In this document: positions 40,711 to 55,335 of the stretch, piece by piece
Layout: every line of letters starts with the position of its first letter
How positions within the stretch are numbered: position 1 is the stretch's first letter
Assembly: GCF_006345805.1 (NCBI RefSeq)
Contig: NC_043004.1
Location: forward strand, 40,238,001-40,302,000
Length of the DNA stretch: 64,000 nt
Direction of reading: 5' to 3'
Source: Octopus sinensis
Lineage: Eukaryota
Made by a program: the position numbers and the translations under genes
Notes under the pieces: generated by a model
Database searches by the model: none
What the model was told of the DNA's origin: nothing
The model's input: only the letters and a program-made list of their open reading frames with translations

Positions 40711-41234
40711 CTTCGTATTTTATTATAAAAGTTTAGAACTGATTTTTTTTAAAACAAAAATATTCACCATGCTGAGAGCAAAACCTGAACAAAAGAACAT
40801 TAATATGGAAAGAAAGAACTTATTTCTAAGAGAGAAAGTTAAATCAATTCAGCTGATCTTAGAGCAGAGTATGAATTAGTTAAATCTACATTCTGTGCCA
40901 ATTTCAGAAGAAAAATGAGCTGAAAAGTACATTGTGGGTCATAGGTATCTTCTAGATTATTTATACTCATGCCTTGCATATTGATGAGGTGGGAAATATT
41001 TTATTAGTTTAGATAAAAGTGAAATAATAAGGTGGTGATTCTGTTAGCAAATATCTATTTATGAAAAAGTTATATTTCTTTAAGAATAGCTTGAAAATGG
41101 AGCAACTCATACCAGTGTTAAGAGCATGACATGGATAGCAGAATTTAAAACCAGCAAGGGTTGGCCCTCAAAAGACCACAGGTACTGCTCTTCCCTCTCT
41201 GACTAAGCTTTTACCCTTGCCACTCTAATTTGTA

Positions 41235-41420
41235 GGCATCTCTCTCTATCCGCTCAGTCGAAGTCGACTCTCGGTCACTCGTTGGATCAGTGTCCTCCAG
41301 TCAGTTCTATCCTGGGCTGCTTCCTTCAGATTGGCCATGTCCATTCCGGTATCACTCCTGATGGTATCAAGCCAGCGGGTTCTTGGTCGGCCTCTTCCTC
41401 TCTTGCCACTGACCAATAAA
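41235..41420 (-). mobile_element. RTE-clade LINE 3' end
   Basis: VSGKRGRGRPRTRWLDTIRSDTGMDMANLKEAAQDRTDWRTLIQRVTESRLRLSG* (stop at 41246-41248), typical of an RTE/BovB C-terminus. Confidence 0.85.
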
Positions 41421-41768
41421 CTCTGCCAGTGATATGATTCTATTTTACTAACTTATCTTTCATCTCTACTGAAGCAAAGTATATTTTTGAAGCTCTAACT
41501 TGATGCATTATCACTATTTGTAGTCAACTCTTACTTTTAGTATTGGTTTCAAATTGTTGCACAAGGCCAGCAATTATAAGAGAGTGACAAAAGTTGAGTA
41601 TATCAACCCCAGTGATCAACGGGTACTTATATGAACAATCCCGAAAGGATAAAAGGCAAAGATGGCCCTGATCGGATTTGAACTTGGAATGTAAAGTCAC
41701 AAGAAATACTGCTAAGCATTTTTTTCTTTCATGGTGATGATTCTGCCAGCTCACCACCTTACTCTCAC

Positions 41769-42070
41769 TTGTTCTTCACTCCTGCTCCAGAGCGTGGGTT
41801 GCGGGGTCACTCTGAAAAGCTCTATCTACGACGATTTCATCTCAATCGAAGGAGAGGGGCTTTCTCCATCCAGGTTGCGGATCCGTGGAATAAGCTGCCG
41901 GATGAGATAGTGAAGATGCCAACGACCACTCAGTTCAAAGTCTCTCTTGACCAGAAATGGCCTAAACTCTGTGTATGAACACCCTCCCTGTACATTTCTC
42001 CATGTCCCCCTACATGGCCTTGCTTTTGCTTCTTGAACCAAAAAATTAAATTAAATTAAATTAAATTAAA
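41769..42070 (+). mobile_element. CR1-clade LINE 3' end with (AAATT)n tail
   Basis: RGHSEKLYLRRFHLNRRRGAFSIQVADPWNKLPDEIV...FKVSLDQKW*. It lies between family B SINEs at about 41540-41762 and 42070-42292. Confidence 0.88.
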
Positions 42071-42512
42071 TATTGGTTTCAAATTGTGGTACAAGGCCAG
42101 TAATTCCAGGGAGTGGGGATAAGTTGATTACATCAACTGCAGTTTTCAAATGGTACCTATTTAATCAGTGCTGGAAGGATGAAAAGCAAAGCTGACCTTG
42201 GCAGAATTTGAACTCAGAACATAAAGACAAATGGAATGTGGCTAAGCATTTAACCCAGAATGCTAATGATTCTGCTAGCTCACCATCCTACTCTGACTTA
42301 ATATTGACAACACTTTGCTGACACCTAAACAAAACTTAAATTCAGCTCCAACTACTGAATGGCTTATAACTCTGTTAAAACTGGGCAAACAGATAATTCA
42401 TAAACAGTTATAAAATGGTACAGGGTGACATGTTTTAGAAAAGGAGTGGAGTTCAGTGAATAGGTCTCAGTACATCACTGATGCCAGCTGTTTCTCAATA
42501 ATACCACTTGAA

Positions 42513-42581
42513 ATCCTAGGTGACTCAGGAGTCCTAGATGACTCAGGAGTCCCAGATGACTCAGGAGTCCCAGATGACTCA
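42513..42581. repeat. 18-bp tandem repeat x4, each with TGACTCA
   Basis: TGACTCA at 42521, 42539, 42557 and 42575. Confidence 0.9.
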
Positions 42582-43285
42582 CATGGGATTTAAAGTAGAC
42601 CATGGCAGAACAAGACTAAATATTGTACAGAATTTAATCAAAAAGAACTATGGTTTCTAAGATGCCACCACTCTTGATGTTTTTCATTGGTACAATTCTA
42701 TTAATTTATCAGGGAGGGGATGGATAGACAATTAAATCCACCTTAGTACATCACTGGTACTTGTCTTACCAACTCCTGAGAAACAAAAAAACTGAGTCAA
42801 CCCCATGTGGGGTTTGAATTTGTAATGGTAGAAGGTTGAAATTAAATGCTGCAAAGTATTCAATTTGCATTTTGAGATTAGATCCTGCCAAGGTCAACTT
42901 TGTTTAGCGTTGGAAGGGTTGACAGAAAAGAACCAACACAGAGCAGAGGATTAGTGGAACTGTAAAACCATCAGATCTGATGCCTCATGGCATTTGTTCA
43001 GGCTCCTCGCATCATGAGTTCAAATCCTGGAGTGGCCTATTTAGGTGACAGACTTAGTTTATCACTTGGCTTAACACCACCTGACATCTTAGGAGCCTTT
43101 ATCAGTCTTCTTAGTACTCATACTAAGCCTTTGGTCAGCCCAGGGCTATAGTTGAAAACACTTACCCAGGTTGCTGTGCAGTAGGACTGAACCCAGAACC
43201 ATGTAGTTGGGAGGCAAGCTTCTTACCATACAGCCACGAGTAAAATATATATTAGCTCAGTGGTAATAAAAACAGAAAAGGTGTA

Positions 43286-43500
43286 AAATGGCAAGCTGGC
43301 AGAACTGTTATTGTGCCAGGCAAAGTGCTTAACAGCATTTCATCAATCTTCATGTTCTGAGCTCAAATTCCACCAATGTTGGCTTTGCTTTTCATCCTTT
43401 TGCAGGTTGATAAAATAAATACCAGTTGAGTATTGGGGTTGATGTAATTGATTTACCTTGACCCCCTAAATTGCTGGCCTTGTACCAAAATTTGAAAACA
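43286..43500 (+). mobile_element. SINE family B
   Basis: Head GGCAAGCTGGCAGAA and B-box-like GAGCTCAAATTCC. Confidence 0.8.
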
Positions 43501-43599
43501 GTATGTATGTAAGGGGCCCATTAGCAGTTTAATAGTAGGAATATAATAAAATGAGATAAGGTAACATCTTCTGGTGTTGCCATGTGGAACCTAATCAAT

Positions 43600-44231
43600 T
43601 TTTTAAAGTGCAGGAAGTATTATATCAAGATAACAAAGAGAGTCACTGGAGATTGTTGTAAAATTAGAAGCAATTATTGATGCGAAGGCTCAGTAAGGTA
43701 TACAAAGTAGAACAGCCAAAAGCAAAGAGAAGCAGTATCTGACTGTAAGGAAAATGATGAGAATGAATCTTAAACCTATATCCCAACAGATTGAAATGCC
43801 TGAATTACCTGAGAGAAAATGATTACAACAAATGAATGACTTATTGTAAAGACATTAATGATTAACTTTTCAGAGTCACTGGTTTACAAAAGAAAATTTC
43901 CTCTTCTGATGAAATCTGCTTTCATTTCATTGGCGCCATAAATTCATTTAACAACTAGTATAAAGCAGCACAACACATTTACCAAAATAGACTGTTTAGC
44001 AAGGAATATGCAATCCTTTCATGTTGACCTCATTTTATTCATTTTTTTTTCTTCCAGCAAAAGAGAATTATATTTAGTTTCATCGGCCAATAATATTGAT
44101 AAGTCTTATTAATAACTTACGCAATAATCCGGATAGAGAAATTATTTTTCAGCAGAATGCTGCTACTATTTTGACAGCAAATTTAACTGAAATGTTTTGG
44201 AACCAGATTATCAGCCAAAGACATAAATACC
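43600..44231 (+). pseudogene. Highly degenerate Tc1/rosa-like transposase
   Basis: An FLF(S)DE.CFHFIGAIN-like stretch at about 43900 and IFQQNAATILTANLT at about 44140 resemble the FSDEAHFHLNG and FQQDGATAHTA motifs. Interrupted by the MITE at 44232. Confidence 0.4.
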
Positions 44232-44620
44232 GGATCTTTTCGGTTTGAACAGCAGTTTTTAACATAATTTCTAGGTAACTAAAAAATTTTAAACTTCGTA
44301 TACTTGGCTTTATTGAGAAAATTCTATAGTTTGTAAGATATTTGTTGTTTTTTTCCTTCAATTTCTGCAATTTCAACCAATCAACGACGTCTATTGAGTT
44401 AAAAAGCATTCTGTGCCATATGAATATGTCCCTCGTTTAAGAAACAGATTGGGTTTATTTACATTTGTGAAGAAAAAAAGATACCCTTCCCCCACCCCTA
44501 ACCCTAACCCTAACCCTAAAATAGATTGAAATGCAATAGATCGGTTCTAGGGTCATAATTATGCGTGACAATTTCATATGACACCGCTAGAAAAAACCGC
44601 CGTTCAAACCGAAAAGATCC
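44232..44620. mobile_element. TIR MITE with telomeric repeats, copy 3 (Merlin-like)
   Basis: Perfect 8-bp TSD TAAATACC (44224-44231 and 44621-44628). TIR GGATCTTTTCGGTTTGAAC. (CCCTAA)4 at 44496-44519. Confidence 0.9.
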
Positions 44621-45168
44621 TAAATACCTGCTGTTTCAAAAACCATTTGTAACTTTGTTGGATTTCCCATATGCATATATTTCAAGACAGGTGTCTTCAT
44701 ACTTTTATTTACAAATCTGTAAACCTCTCTGCTTAAACCTCACTTCTCCTTCCCCTGTCTATCATAATTACTATCGTGCTGCACTTCACTCTCATTTTTG
44801 TGTTCTATAAATCAATTATATTATATGCACACACATAGACACACATACATGCATAATGGTTATCTCTCAGCCCTAAAGTATCAGTTACATCAGATATTCT
44901 AATGTGACTGGAAATGACTCCCTGTGGTTCACATGCTAATTCACCCATAGCTGGAACGTTCTGAGTCAGAGTTGACCTGGGAAGAACGATTGTTGCTAGT
45001 AGATGTTTCCACACTCCCCAAAACCCTGAAACTCTCAAACTAGGGATCCAATACTGGATACAGTTTAATGTCATACCCAGGACATACATATATACACAAA
45101 CATCTACACATACATGCATATATACACATAATGTGTATGCATACATGCAAGCATATATATATATATAT

Positions 45169-45204
<36 letters not shown>

Positions 45205-45290
45205 ATTAATAATAACAATAAAATGACAACAAAAGAATGAGACCGCGATATTATGTAAATAGAGGAATTTATATATATATATATATATAT

Positions 45291-45633
45291 TTACTCTTTT
45301 ACTCTTTTACTTGTTTCAGTCATTTGACTGCGGCCATGCTGGAGCACCGCCTTTAGTTGAGCAAATCGACCCCGGGACTTATTCTTTGTAAGCCCAGTAC
45401 TTATTCTATCAGGCTCTTTTGCTGAACCACTAAGTGACGGGGACGTAAACACACCAGCATCGGTTGTCAAGCAATGCTAGGGGGACAAACACAGACACAC
45501 CAAATCCACTCACAAGGCATTGGTGGGCCCGGGGCTATAGCAGGAGACACTTGCCCAAGATGCCACGCAGTGGGACTGAACCCGGAACCATGTGGTTGGT
45601 AGGCAAACTACTTACCACACAGCCACTCCTGCA
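45291..45633 (-). mobile_element. SINE family A
   Basis: Matches 61095-61500; lacks the internal microsatellite segment. Confidence 0.85.
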
Positions 45634-45731
45634 CCTAAAGAAAGCTTTCCTATCCATGTGGGACTCAAACTCACATCCCTTTGTTAACACGTCTAAGTAT
45701 GTTAGAAGAATCAGTAAGTTGTCAAAATAGA

Positions 45732-46343
45732 ACCCAGAGCTTCAAATGCCAGAACTAATAGCTTCGAGGCATTTTCATTGGCTATTTTGAAGATAGACTC
45801 TATGAAAAAAAAAACAAAAAAAAATCATTGAATAAAAGGGAAGTTACTCTAATAGGCATGAAAAAATATAAAAGATATAAAATATGAAAAATAAAAACAA
45901 TTATAAAAAATACACGCAACTACATTCTCACAGTAGAAGGTTTCTATCTATTGTGAGAATGTGGTTGTGTGTATTTTTTATAAGTTATATCTTTCATATT
46001 TCTCCATGCCTATTAACCCTTTCAATACTGGATTTATTTTGAGATGCTCTGTGTTTCTTTCAATTACTTTAAATATATCAAAGAATATAAAATAACTTAG
46101 TTATCATTCTGCTAGTTTTAGGAACATAAATTGTGACTAAGGTTTGGTGGAAGATTTTAATTCAAAACTTATGGAAACAAGACATTTGTACTCAGAGTCA
46201 GAGCCGGTTTCAGCCGGGTTGGTAACGAAAGGGTTAAAGTAACTTCCCTTTTATTCAATGGGTTTTTTTTCATAGCGTCTATCTTCAAAATAGTCAATGG
46301 AAAAGCCTCGAAGCTCTTAGTTCTAACATTTGAAACTCTGGGT
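45732..46343. mobile_element. Nested MITE stack
   Basis: Outer ~83-bp inverted arms (45732-45815 and 46262-46343) enclose a palindromic MITE (45850-46015) and a piggyBac-like MITE. Confidence 0.7.
46017..46233. mobile_element. piggyBac-like MITE
   Basis: TTAA|CCCTTTC...GAAAGGG|TTAA. Confidence 0.8.
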
Positions 46344-46503
46344 ATAGCTAACCCATTGAGGTCTAACTCCCAATGTAAAAGCTTTGTTTCTTCATAGAGG
46401 CCATCTCTTTTGCCATTAGTGAGAAATTTGTAAAATGAAACCCAAAGAATTCACATTTATACCAATAATAATTAGTGCACTTATTATCATTATTATTGGT
46501 AAA

Positions 46504-46790
46504 GGAACGTGGCTTATTGCTTAGTTTATTTGGCTCATGACTGTCAGGCTGTAAGTTCAATTCCCATAGGCGCATTTTGTCCTTGAGCAAGACACTTTAT
46601 TTCACGTTGCTCCAGTACACTCAACTGGCAAAAATGAGTAGTACCTGTATTTCAAAGGGCCATCCTTGTCACACTGTGTATCATGCACTATGTTAAAGGT
46701 ATATCTGTCAATAAAGTGCTCAGCCACTTGCATGTTAATTTCACTAGGACCCCCATCGTTGTAACCGATGGAGTGCCAGTTAATTAGATA
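46504..46790 (+). mobile_element. tRNA-derived SINE (head H2 + tail T1)
   Basis: CTTGAGCAAGACACTTTATTTCAC body joined to the GTACCTGTATTTCAAAGGG tail. A similar copy is on the minus strand at 62340-62640. Confidence 0.75.
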
Positions 46791-46809
46791 GTTAATTAGT
46801 GTCCTTAGT

Positions 46810-46945
46810 TTTGTGAGTAAATGCCTGAGCAACAATCTGGATCAGCTGGGATTTTCAGAAAAGAAATTAACCAGATAATTCACACATTACTAATGCAATC
46901 TCTAAGTGGAACTGTAAAAGTGTGCGAGACTATTTTCAAGTTTAA
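46810..46945 (+). pseudogene. Non-LTR retrotransposon ORF C-terminal remnant, family uncertain
   Basis: CLSNNLDQLGFSEKK...GTVKVCETIFKF*. Recalled resemblance to the ends of restriction-like-endonuclease LINEs. Confidence 0.3.
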
Positions 46946-47117
46946 AATCTGACACTGTTTTTGTTATTTGTATTCCAATGATTGAACTTTGTATCTTTGT
47001 AAGAAACCAACTCCTTCCTAACTGAAATATTTCGAATAATTAGAAATACATACATAAATCCACATATCCATGCATACAAAAATTTATACACATGTATATA
47101 CAGAAACATATCCAAAT

Positions 47118-47154
<37 letters not shown>

Positions 47155-47225
47155 TACATACACAAAGACACATGTATGTTTATATATATACATATATACA
47201 TACACACAAACATGCATATCTTCAA

Positions 47226-47262
<37 letters not shown>

Positions 47263-47279
47263 ATATATATACATATATA

Positions 47280-47533
47280 CCAGAGTAAACACATAAATGT
47301 GAAACAAGGTGGAAAAAAGAGTACTCAAATACCAGTGGTAGAGTAATATGCTTTATTTAAAGCAGCAGAAAATTCAACAAAATCTGTTACTCTGAGTTTC
47401 TCGTTGCCGTTCATCAGATAGTTTTTGCTAGAATGGAACCGATATATCAATTCAATCTAGACTCTTACAAATGCTACACCTTTAAAAAAAAAAGGTAACA
47501 GATTTTGTTGAATTTTCTGCTGCTTTAAATAAA

Positions 47534-47534
<1 letters not shown>
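47280..47534 (-). mobile_element. Penelope-like remnant with a perfect 40-bp inverted repeat and a hammerhead-like core
   Basis: Arms 47351-47390 and 47495-47534. Minus strand CTGATGA-ACGGCAACGA-GAAAC at 47417-47396. (TA)n on both sides. Confidence 0.6.
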
Positions 47535-47594
<60 letters not shown>

Positions 47595-48169
47595 TATGCA
47601 TAGATACATACATGCATGCAAACATCTTACATACATAAAATGATAAGTACACATTTCAATATATGCATACATATATATTTTCCTACATTAATACATACAT
47701 GCATGCATGCATACAGACACACAAAAGTTCATAAATACATATGTACAAACGAAATATAAAATCGATACCGTCATTTCACAGAGATTATCTGTTGAGATAT
47801 TCGCAATCTCCAAATGACATGAGGCAACGCTTGAAACAATTGGTGATGATAGACAGTCACAGATGTTACACATGATATAACACAGGATTTAAGATAAAAA
47901 TAAGAGATACGCTAGGTTATGTACCTGTCTAACAGATGTGAGCACTGCTAGCTGAAGGAGAATAGCAATAACAGCAAGAATGAATGATACACTCGCAAGA
48001 GCAACAATGATGTGCATGGTGGTGACAATGAAATAACTAATTTATTAGACAAACAAGAATACGTGTGTGTGAGTGTGTGTATATATATATATACATATAT
48101 ATACATATATACATACACATATATACATACATATACACACACACACATATATATATATATACACATATA

Positions 48170-49260
<1,091 letters not shown>

Positions 49261-49335
49261 ATATATATATATATTATATGTATTTCTATATGTATATATG
49301 TATATACATATATGTATATATAAATGTTTATATAT

Positions 49336-49379
<44 letters not shown>

Positions 49380-49899
49380 AACTTCCTACCATACAGGTGT
49401 TGCTGTATGGTAGGAAGTTTTCTTCTAACTACATGGTTCTGTGTTCAGTCCCACTGCATGGCATCTTGGACAAGTGTCTTCTACTATAGCCTATCCTCAG
49501 GCTTACCAAAGTCTTGTGAGTAGATTTGGTAGATGTTGGGTCATTTCATCATGTTGGGCCATTAATCCCTACACATTTTTTTCATTCTCTCTTCCTTTTT
49601 TTTTTGTTTGAAGAGTGTTGGCTCAAAATATCAAAGATTTTTCCATTCTTCCTGAGTGTCAAACTAATACACCTGCTTGTTGTTTCCTCACCTGTCTTCA
49701 TCTTTCGTTTTCTGTAAATTTGAACTATATATATATAAATATATATATATTTAGGTAGGGGAGACTCTGAAAGGGGTCTCAGAGTGTAGCATCCATGCTT
49801 TCTTGAGCTAGTTTTCCATTACATTTTTTAAAAATCGTGGTAGAGGCCTTGGTCTTGGAACCACTCATGTCTAGAAACTGAGGTTGGGGGGTAAGTAAG

Positions 49900-50436
49900 G
49901 GCATGCTCCCCGTAGAGCTCTTTCAGGCCAGTTGATGTTACTATAGCAGGAGATTGTTCTCCTTCCAAAGCATTGCCATAGCAACTTCATTGTTTCTCTT
50001 ACTGTATGGGCAGTTGCTCCATCTTGCTGGAACCATGTGTAAGGTCTACTTTGAATGGCCTTCACAGTCCCTAGACTTGACTAGCCATATTTTTTCTTGT
50101 GGAGGTACCTGAAAGAGAGGGTTTACATCAACAAACAACAAACCAGAGACCCTGGTGCAACTGAAGGAGAACATCAATAGAGAAATCAAAGAAGTGGGGT
50201 CTGAAATTCTCAAGAGTGTTCTGGTGCAAGTTTTGGAAAGAGCATGGACGTGTGAAGCAGAAAATGGCTGCCATTTAAGCAACGTCATTTTTCATATGTG
50301 ATGTAGGGGGTGTTGCAAAATTTGATAAGTGCATATTAATTTCCATTATGTCCTTTATATTGTATCAAAATTTCATGCATTTATTTGCAAAGTTGTTAAA
50401 AATTGAAACCCATCAGTGACTTTTGGGACACCCTGT
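49900..50436. pseudogene. rosa-like (DD41D) transposase fragments in opposite orientations
   Basis: Minus strand about 50040-49915: WFQQDGATAHTVRETMKLL...NINWP. Plus strand from about 50053: EWPSQSLDLT..FFLWRYLKERVY...NGCHLSNVIFHM*, then TIR-like GACTTTTGGGACACCCTG|TA. Confidence 0.8.
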
Positions 50437-50775
50437 ATATACATTTATTCTCTTCTCTCTAACAACAGTTTCACTTCTTTGTTTAAATTGTTCTTCATGA
50501 GCAATATAACATCTCGTTAAAGGTAGATTGTTTCTCACCGTGTTCTTATTACAACAATAACAACAACTCTGCTTCAAGATCAGAGAAGAAAATAAAAATG
50601 GATTTTATTTATGTTTACCTTTCCAGCTAGTTTGTTTTTCTTAGTTTCAATTTACCTCCAAACATTTTACTAATTGACTTCTTTCAAATTTCCTAAACGA
50701 ACTGAATAATGATTTTATGTATAAACATATTTTTTATTCTGTTCACTGTATTCTAATTATGCACAGTTGTATATA

Positions 50776-50845
<70 letters not shown>

Positions 50846-50914
50846 TGCGTGCATATGTGTATATACATGCATGCATGCATGCATACATACATCATACATA
50901 CATACATACATACA

Positions 50915-50945
<31 letters not shown>

Positions 50946-50956
50946 GTATGTATGTA

Positions 50957-51385
50957 TATTAGATTGTTTCACATGGAATGTCGTATTTGAAAGGTTTCAG
51001 AAGTGTTAAAGAACTAATTTATTTAATCAAAGTATGATCCATGTTCATTTATGACGTTTACACAACGTTTCTCTATATCATATATTCCATCATAAAACAA
51101 AAATTCATCTTTTGCTGCAATAAACTGTCCGAATGCTTCAATTACCTCTTCTCTATTTAAAAATGTTTTATTGCTCATGAAAGTCTCAAAATGCTTGAAT
51201 AAGTGTTGATCAGTAGAAGGGATATCAAGGAAATAGGGAGGATGTTGCAAAATTTCATAATTCAGGCTTTGCAACTTTTTGGACCGTATCATGAAGAGGG
51301 AGAGGACGTGCATTGTTGTGGAGCAAAATTGGACCATCTCTATTCACTAGTCTGCGTTGCTTCTTTTTCAAATTCTCAGGCATAC
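50957..51385 (-). pseudogene. Decayed mariner 3' fragment
   Basis: RLVNRDGPILLHNNARP...YEILQHPPYFLDIPSTDQHLFKHF...HGSYFD*. Confidence 0.8.
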
Positions 51386-51389
51386 ATGA

Positions 51390-51758
51390 GTGGCACCTTG
51401 GGCAAGTGTCTTCTACTATAGCCTCGGGCCAACAAAAGTCTTGTGAGTAGATTCGGTAGACGGAAACTGAAAGAAGCCCATAGTGTATATATATATATGT
51501 GTGTGTGTGTGGTGTGTGTGTGTGTGTTGTGTGTGTGTGTGTGTGTGGTGTGTGTATGTTTGTGTCTGTGTTTGTCCACCCAACATCGCTTGACAACCGA
51601 TGCTGGTGTGTTTACGTCCCCGTCACTTAGCAGTTCAGCAAAAGAGGCCGATAGAATAAGTACTAGGCTTACAAAGAATAAGTCCTGGGGTCGATTTGCT
51701 CAAATAAAGGTGGTGCTCCAGCATGGTCACAGTCAAATGACTGAAACAAGTAAAAGAG
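51390..51758 (+). mobile_element. SINE family A, 5'-truncated
   Basis: Matches 61150-61500. Confidence 0.85.
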
Positions 51759-51809
51759 TGTCGGTTTTAATCTGTTCATTATTTTGACTCCTAAACTTTT
51801 GAGTGGTTA

Positions 51810-52210
51810 CTCTCTCTTTACTCTTACTCTTTTACTTGTTTCAGTCACTTGACTGTGGCCATGCTGGAGCACCGCCTTTAGTCGAGCAAATCGCCCCCAG
51901 AACTTATGCTTTGTAAGCCTAGTACTTATTCTATCGGTCTCCCTTGCCGAACCGCTAAGTCACAGGGACGTAAACACACCAGCATCGGTTGTCAAGCAAT
52001 GTTGGGGGGACAAACAGACACACAAACCTATGCACATTCATACATATATACGACAGGCTTCTTTCAGTTTCCATCTACCAAATCCACTCACAAGGCTTAG
52101 GTCCACCCAACGCTATAGTAGAAGACACTTGCCCAAGATGCCACACAGTGGGACTGAACCCGGAACCATGTGGTTGGTAAGCAAGCTACTTACCATACAG
52201 CCACTCCTAT
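51810..52210 (-). mobile_element. SINE family A
   Basis: Matches 61095-61500; a second copy follows at 52316-52735. Confidence 0.87.
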
Positions 52211-52534
52211 GTCTATAACACAAATTGCACACCTTGTCAGCTCACATGCATCACTTCAGTACATGTCAGGAGTTGCTGTCATATAAAGGAAAATATGCAA
52301 TTATGTTAATACTCATTTACTTGATTCAGTCATTTGACTGCAGCCATGCTGGAGCACCACCTTTCCTCAAGCAAACTGACCCCAGGACTTATTCATTGTG
52401 AGCCTTGTACTTATTCTATCAGTTTGTTTTGCCAAACTGCTAAGTTACAGGGATGTAAACACACCAGCATTGGTTGTCAAGTGATGTTGGGGGGACAAAC
52501 ACAGATGCACAAACATATACAGACACACACACAC

Positions 52535-52574
<40 letters not shown>

Positions 52575-52834
52575 ACTAGCTTCTTTCAGTTTCTGTCTAC
52601 CAAATCCACTCACAAAGTTTTGGTCAGCCTGAAGCTATAGTAGAAGACACTTTCCCAAGTTGCCACACAGTGGGACTGAACCCGGAACTATGTGGTCAGT
52701 AAACAAGCTACTCACCACACAGCCTCTCCTGTGCCTATATGCACAATAAGAAAAAAAAAAAAAGAAAACCATCAACCAGACTTTCTGGTCCAGTGTGGAG
52801 AGGGACTCAGTCTCTCTTTGTTATTTAACCCATT

Positions 52835-53055
52835 TAAGGTGGCAAGCTGGCAGAATTGTTTGCACGCCGGGCGAAATGCTTAGCGGCATTTCATCAATCT
52901 TCATGCTCTGAGTTCAAATTCCACTGAGGTTGACATTGCCTTTCACCCTTTTGTGGGGTCAATAAAATAAGTACCAGTTGAACACCTGGAGTCGATGTAA
53001 TCAACTTAACCCCTCCCTTGAAACTGTGGGCCTTGTGCCAAAATTTGAAATCTAT
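52835..53055 (+). mobile_element. SINE family B
   Basis: Head AAGGTGGCAAGCTGGCAGAA and B-box GAGTTCAAATTCC. Confidence 0.83.
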
Positions 53056-53919
53056 ATTTAACCCATATACTGTGTCATGGTTTCCAGTCTGAAAATTATG
53101 GAGCATATATATATATAGGCACATACATAGGTGTGTGTGTGTGTGTGTGTGTGTGCATGTGTGCGTGTACATACATACCTGCATAAATATATACATACAT
53201 ACATACATACATAAAAATATATGTATATATGTACACACACAAACACACATACATACACACATACACACACACATGTATATGTACATACATGTATATAAAA
53301 ATACACATATGAATAAATGCACACACACACCTACATACACATGCTCACACACTCAAATACGCATTAATTAAATTTTTAATGGAAAATCACAAGTTAAGAT
53401 GAAAGAAACATGAGCATAACAATTACAAAATTACAATTTACCTTATTGTCAAAAACCTATTAAATTTATGCACTGATATAGAAATACATGCAACTGGCAT
53501 ACACAAATTTCATAATTAGCCAATGGATCACATCTTTATAATGTCTTTGAGTAACAGAATTGCCAAACTATTCATTTGATTTTCTATTTTTTTTGTATGT
53601 TTTTATTGTTGTTTTTGAGAGCTGTTTCATTTTTCTTTTTATTTCTAATTGTTTTTTTTGTCTTGTTTCTTTTTTTTTAAATGTTTGTAAAATTTACTTG
53701 TTCTTTATTCATTTTTCAATTTTGCATATATTATTTTTTGTTTTGTTTTCTCTGTTACAGTGAGCTATGTGAGTTGAACACACACATATGCACAGACACA
53801 CACACACACACATACACGTGCACACGCACATAAACACACACACACAAATATTGTACATACATACATACATACATACACACACACACATACATACATACAT
53901 ACACATACATACATACACA

Positions 53920-55108
53920 TGAATTTTCGCCATTTAATATTTTTAATTTTGCGCATGCGCATTGTTTGTTTTTGATTTTGTCAACAACACAGTATAGTAG
54001 GGTCAGTTGGGCACCGTCTATGAGAAAAACAACACCAAGACGCAATTCACTCTGCCAGAAATTTTCAAATGACATGCTGTACTGCTTGGCATTTGCCCTG
54101 GAAGCTCCAATAGGAACATTTAAATGTTTGGGTGTCAATCTGAGGAGAGTGCAGAAGATTCAGAAAGAGTTGGATGGGTCTAATGGTGATTACGAAGCAA
54201 TGGCAGCTCAGAAAACTCACTCTCATCGTTCTTAAAGGAAAAGAACTCCTGAAATTCTTTGGTATTCCTCATACAAGATGAGAAAAGGCCAATTTTTATT
54301 CCAAGCCATCAGGGGCAAGAGAGAAAAGACCACGCTATGAAACTTTTGAACTAACTCAAGCATTTTCACCAACCGAACATGCTTTGGTTTTTCTCAGATG
54401 AGAAAAATTTCTGCCAGGATCACACAGATGGTGAACACACAGAACAACCATACCATTGGCTTGCCGTGTCCCCAAAACATGTACTGATAGTGATAAAAAT
54501 CAAACATCCAGTGAATATCATGGTGTTTGGAGTGATCACTAGTGATGGCTATGTTATGCCTCCATTCATTTTTCCTACATGGCCTCAGACACAACACAGA
54601 GGTCTACATCAAGTGTCTGAAGGAGGTAGTGCTGCCCTGGGTCAACAGGGTGGTTGCTGGAAGACTCTATGTCTGGCAACAGGACTCTGCACCATACCAC
54701 ACAAGCAGGAGAACCCAATCCTGGTTGTCAAACAATTTCTGTGATCATATCATCCTTAACATCTGGCCACCTAAACCCCCATAGTGCAAACCCCATGATT
54801 ATTATATGTGGAGCATAGTTGAGTGAGAGACCAATAAAACTCCTTGTAACACCAAAGATGAACTGAAAGCAAGTATTATGACAGCATTCATCAACTTAGA
54901 CGAGGAGACCATCCAGAAGAGTTGCAGGAGATTCCAAAGTCATCTGGAAGATGTGGTTGAAGCCAATGGCAATTTTATTGAATAAATTTACTCTTTAATA
55001 TTTCAAGATATTTTTGTGTAATTTTGGTAAATATACAAGTTAGAATGAGATGTCGGTGTTATTTTCATTTTTGCGTAATTTAGATGACAGTTTATTCTCT
55101 ACATCCTG
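53920..55108 (+). mobile_element. maT-family (DD37D) Tc1/mariner transposon, internally deleted pseudogene
   Basis: WFFSDEKNF...IMVFGVITSDG...WQQDSAPYHTSRRTQSWLSNNFCDHIILNIWPPKPP*CKPHDY gives 37 residues between the last two D. Ends ...EANGNFIE* and CCTG|TA. Confidence 0.88.
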
Positions 55109-55304
55109 TATATATACATACACATACATGCATATATATATATATATATAAATAGATGAGTGTATTTTTACCTTGTTAACAATTAACACGGAAAAATAAA
55201 TAAATAGTTACCAGGGCAGCAAAATTAGTATCAGTGGAATTTTCGAAACATGTGTCGAAAGTAAAAATACTTGTTTAAACCTGCGTTAACTCCATTTTTT
55301 ATTC

Positions 55305-55335
<31 letters not shown>

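Noticed and set aside
41113-41166. ELOVL-like LNSAIHVM or CxxCH motif in an exon candidate
   Set aside because: These are short matches in alternative frames, and flanking candidates do not supply the other family motifs.
44140-44810. ~90-codon open frame after removing the MITE
   Set aside because: The 5' part is explained as a decayed transposase motif (IFQQNAAT), and the rest has no convincing splice boundaries.
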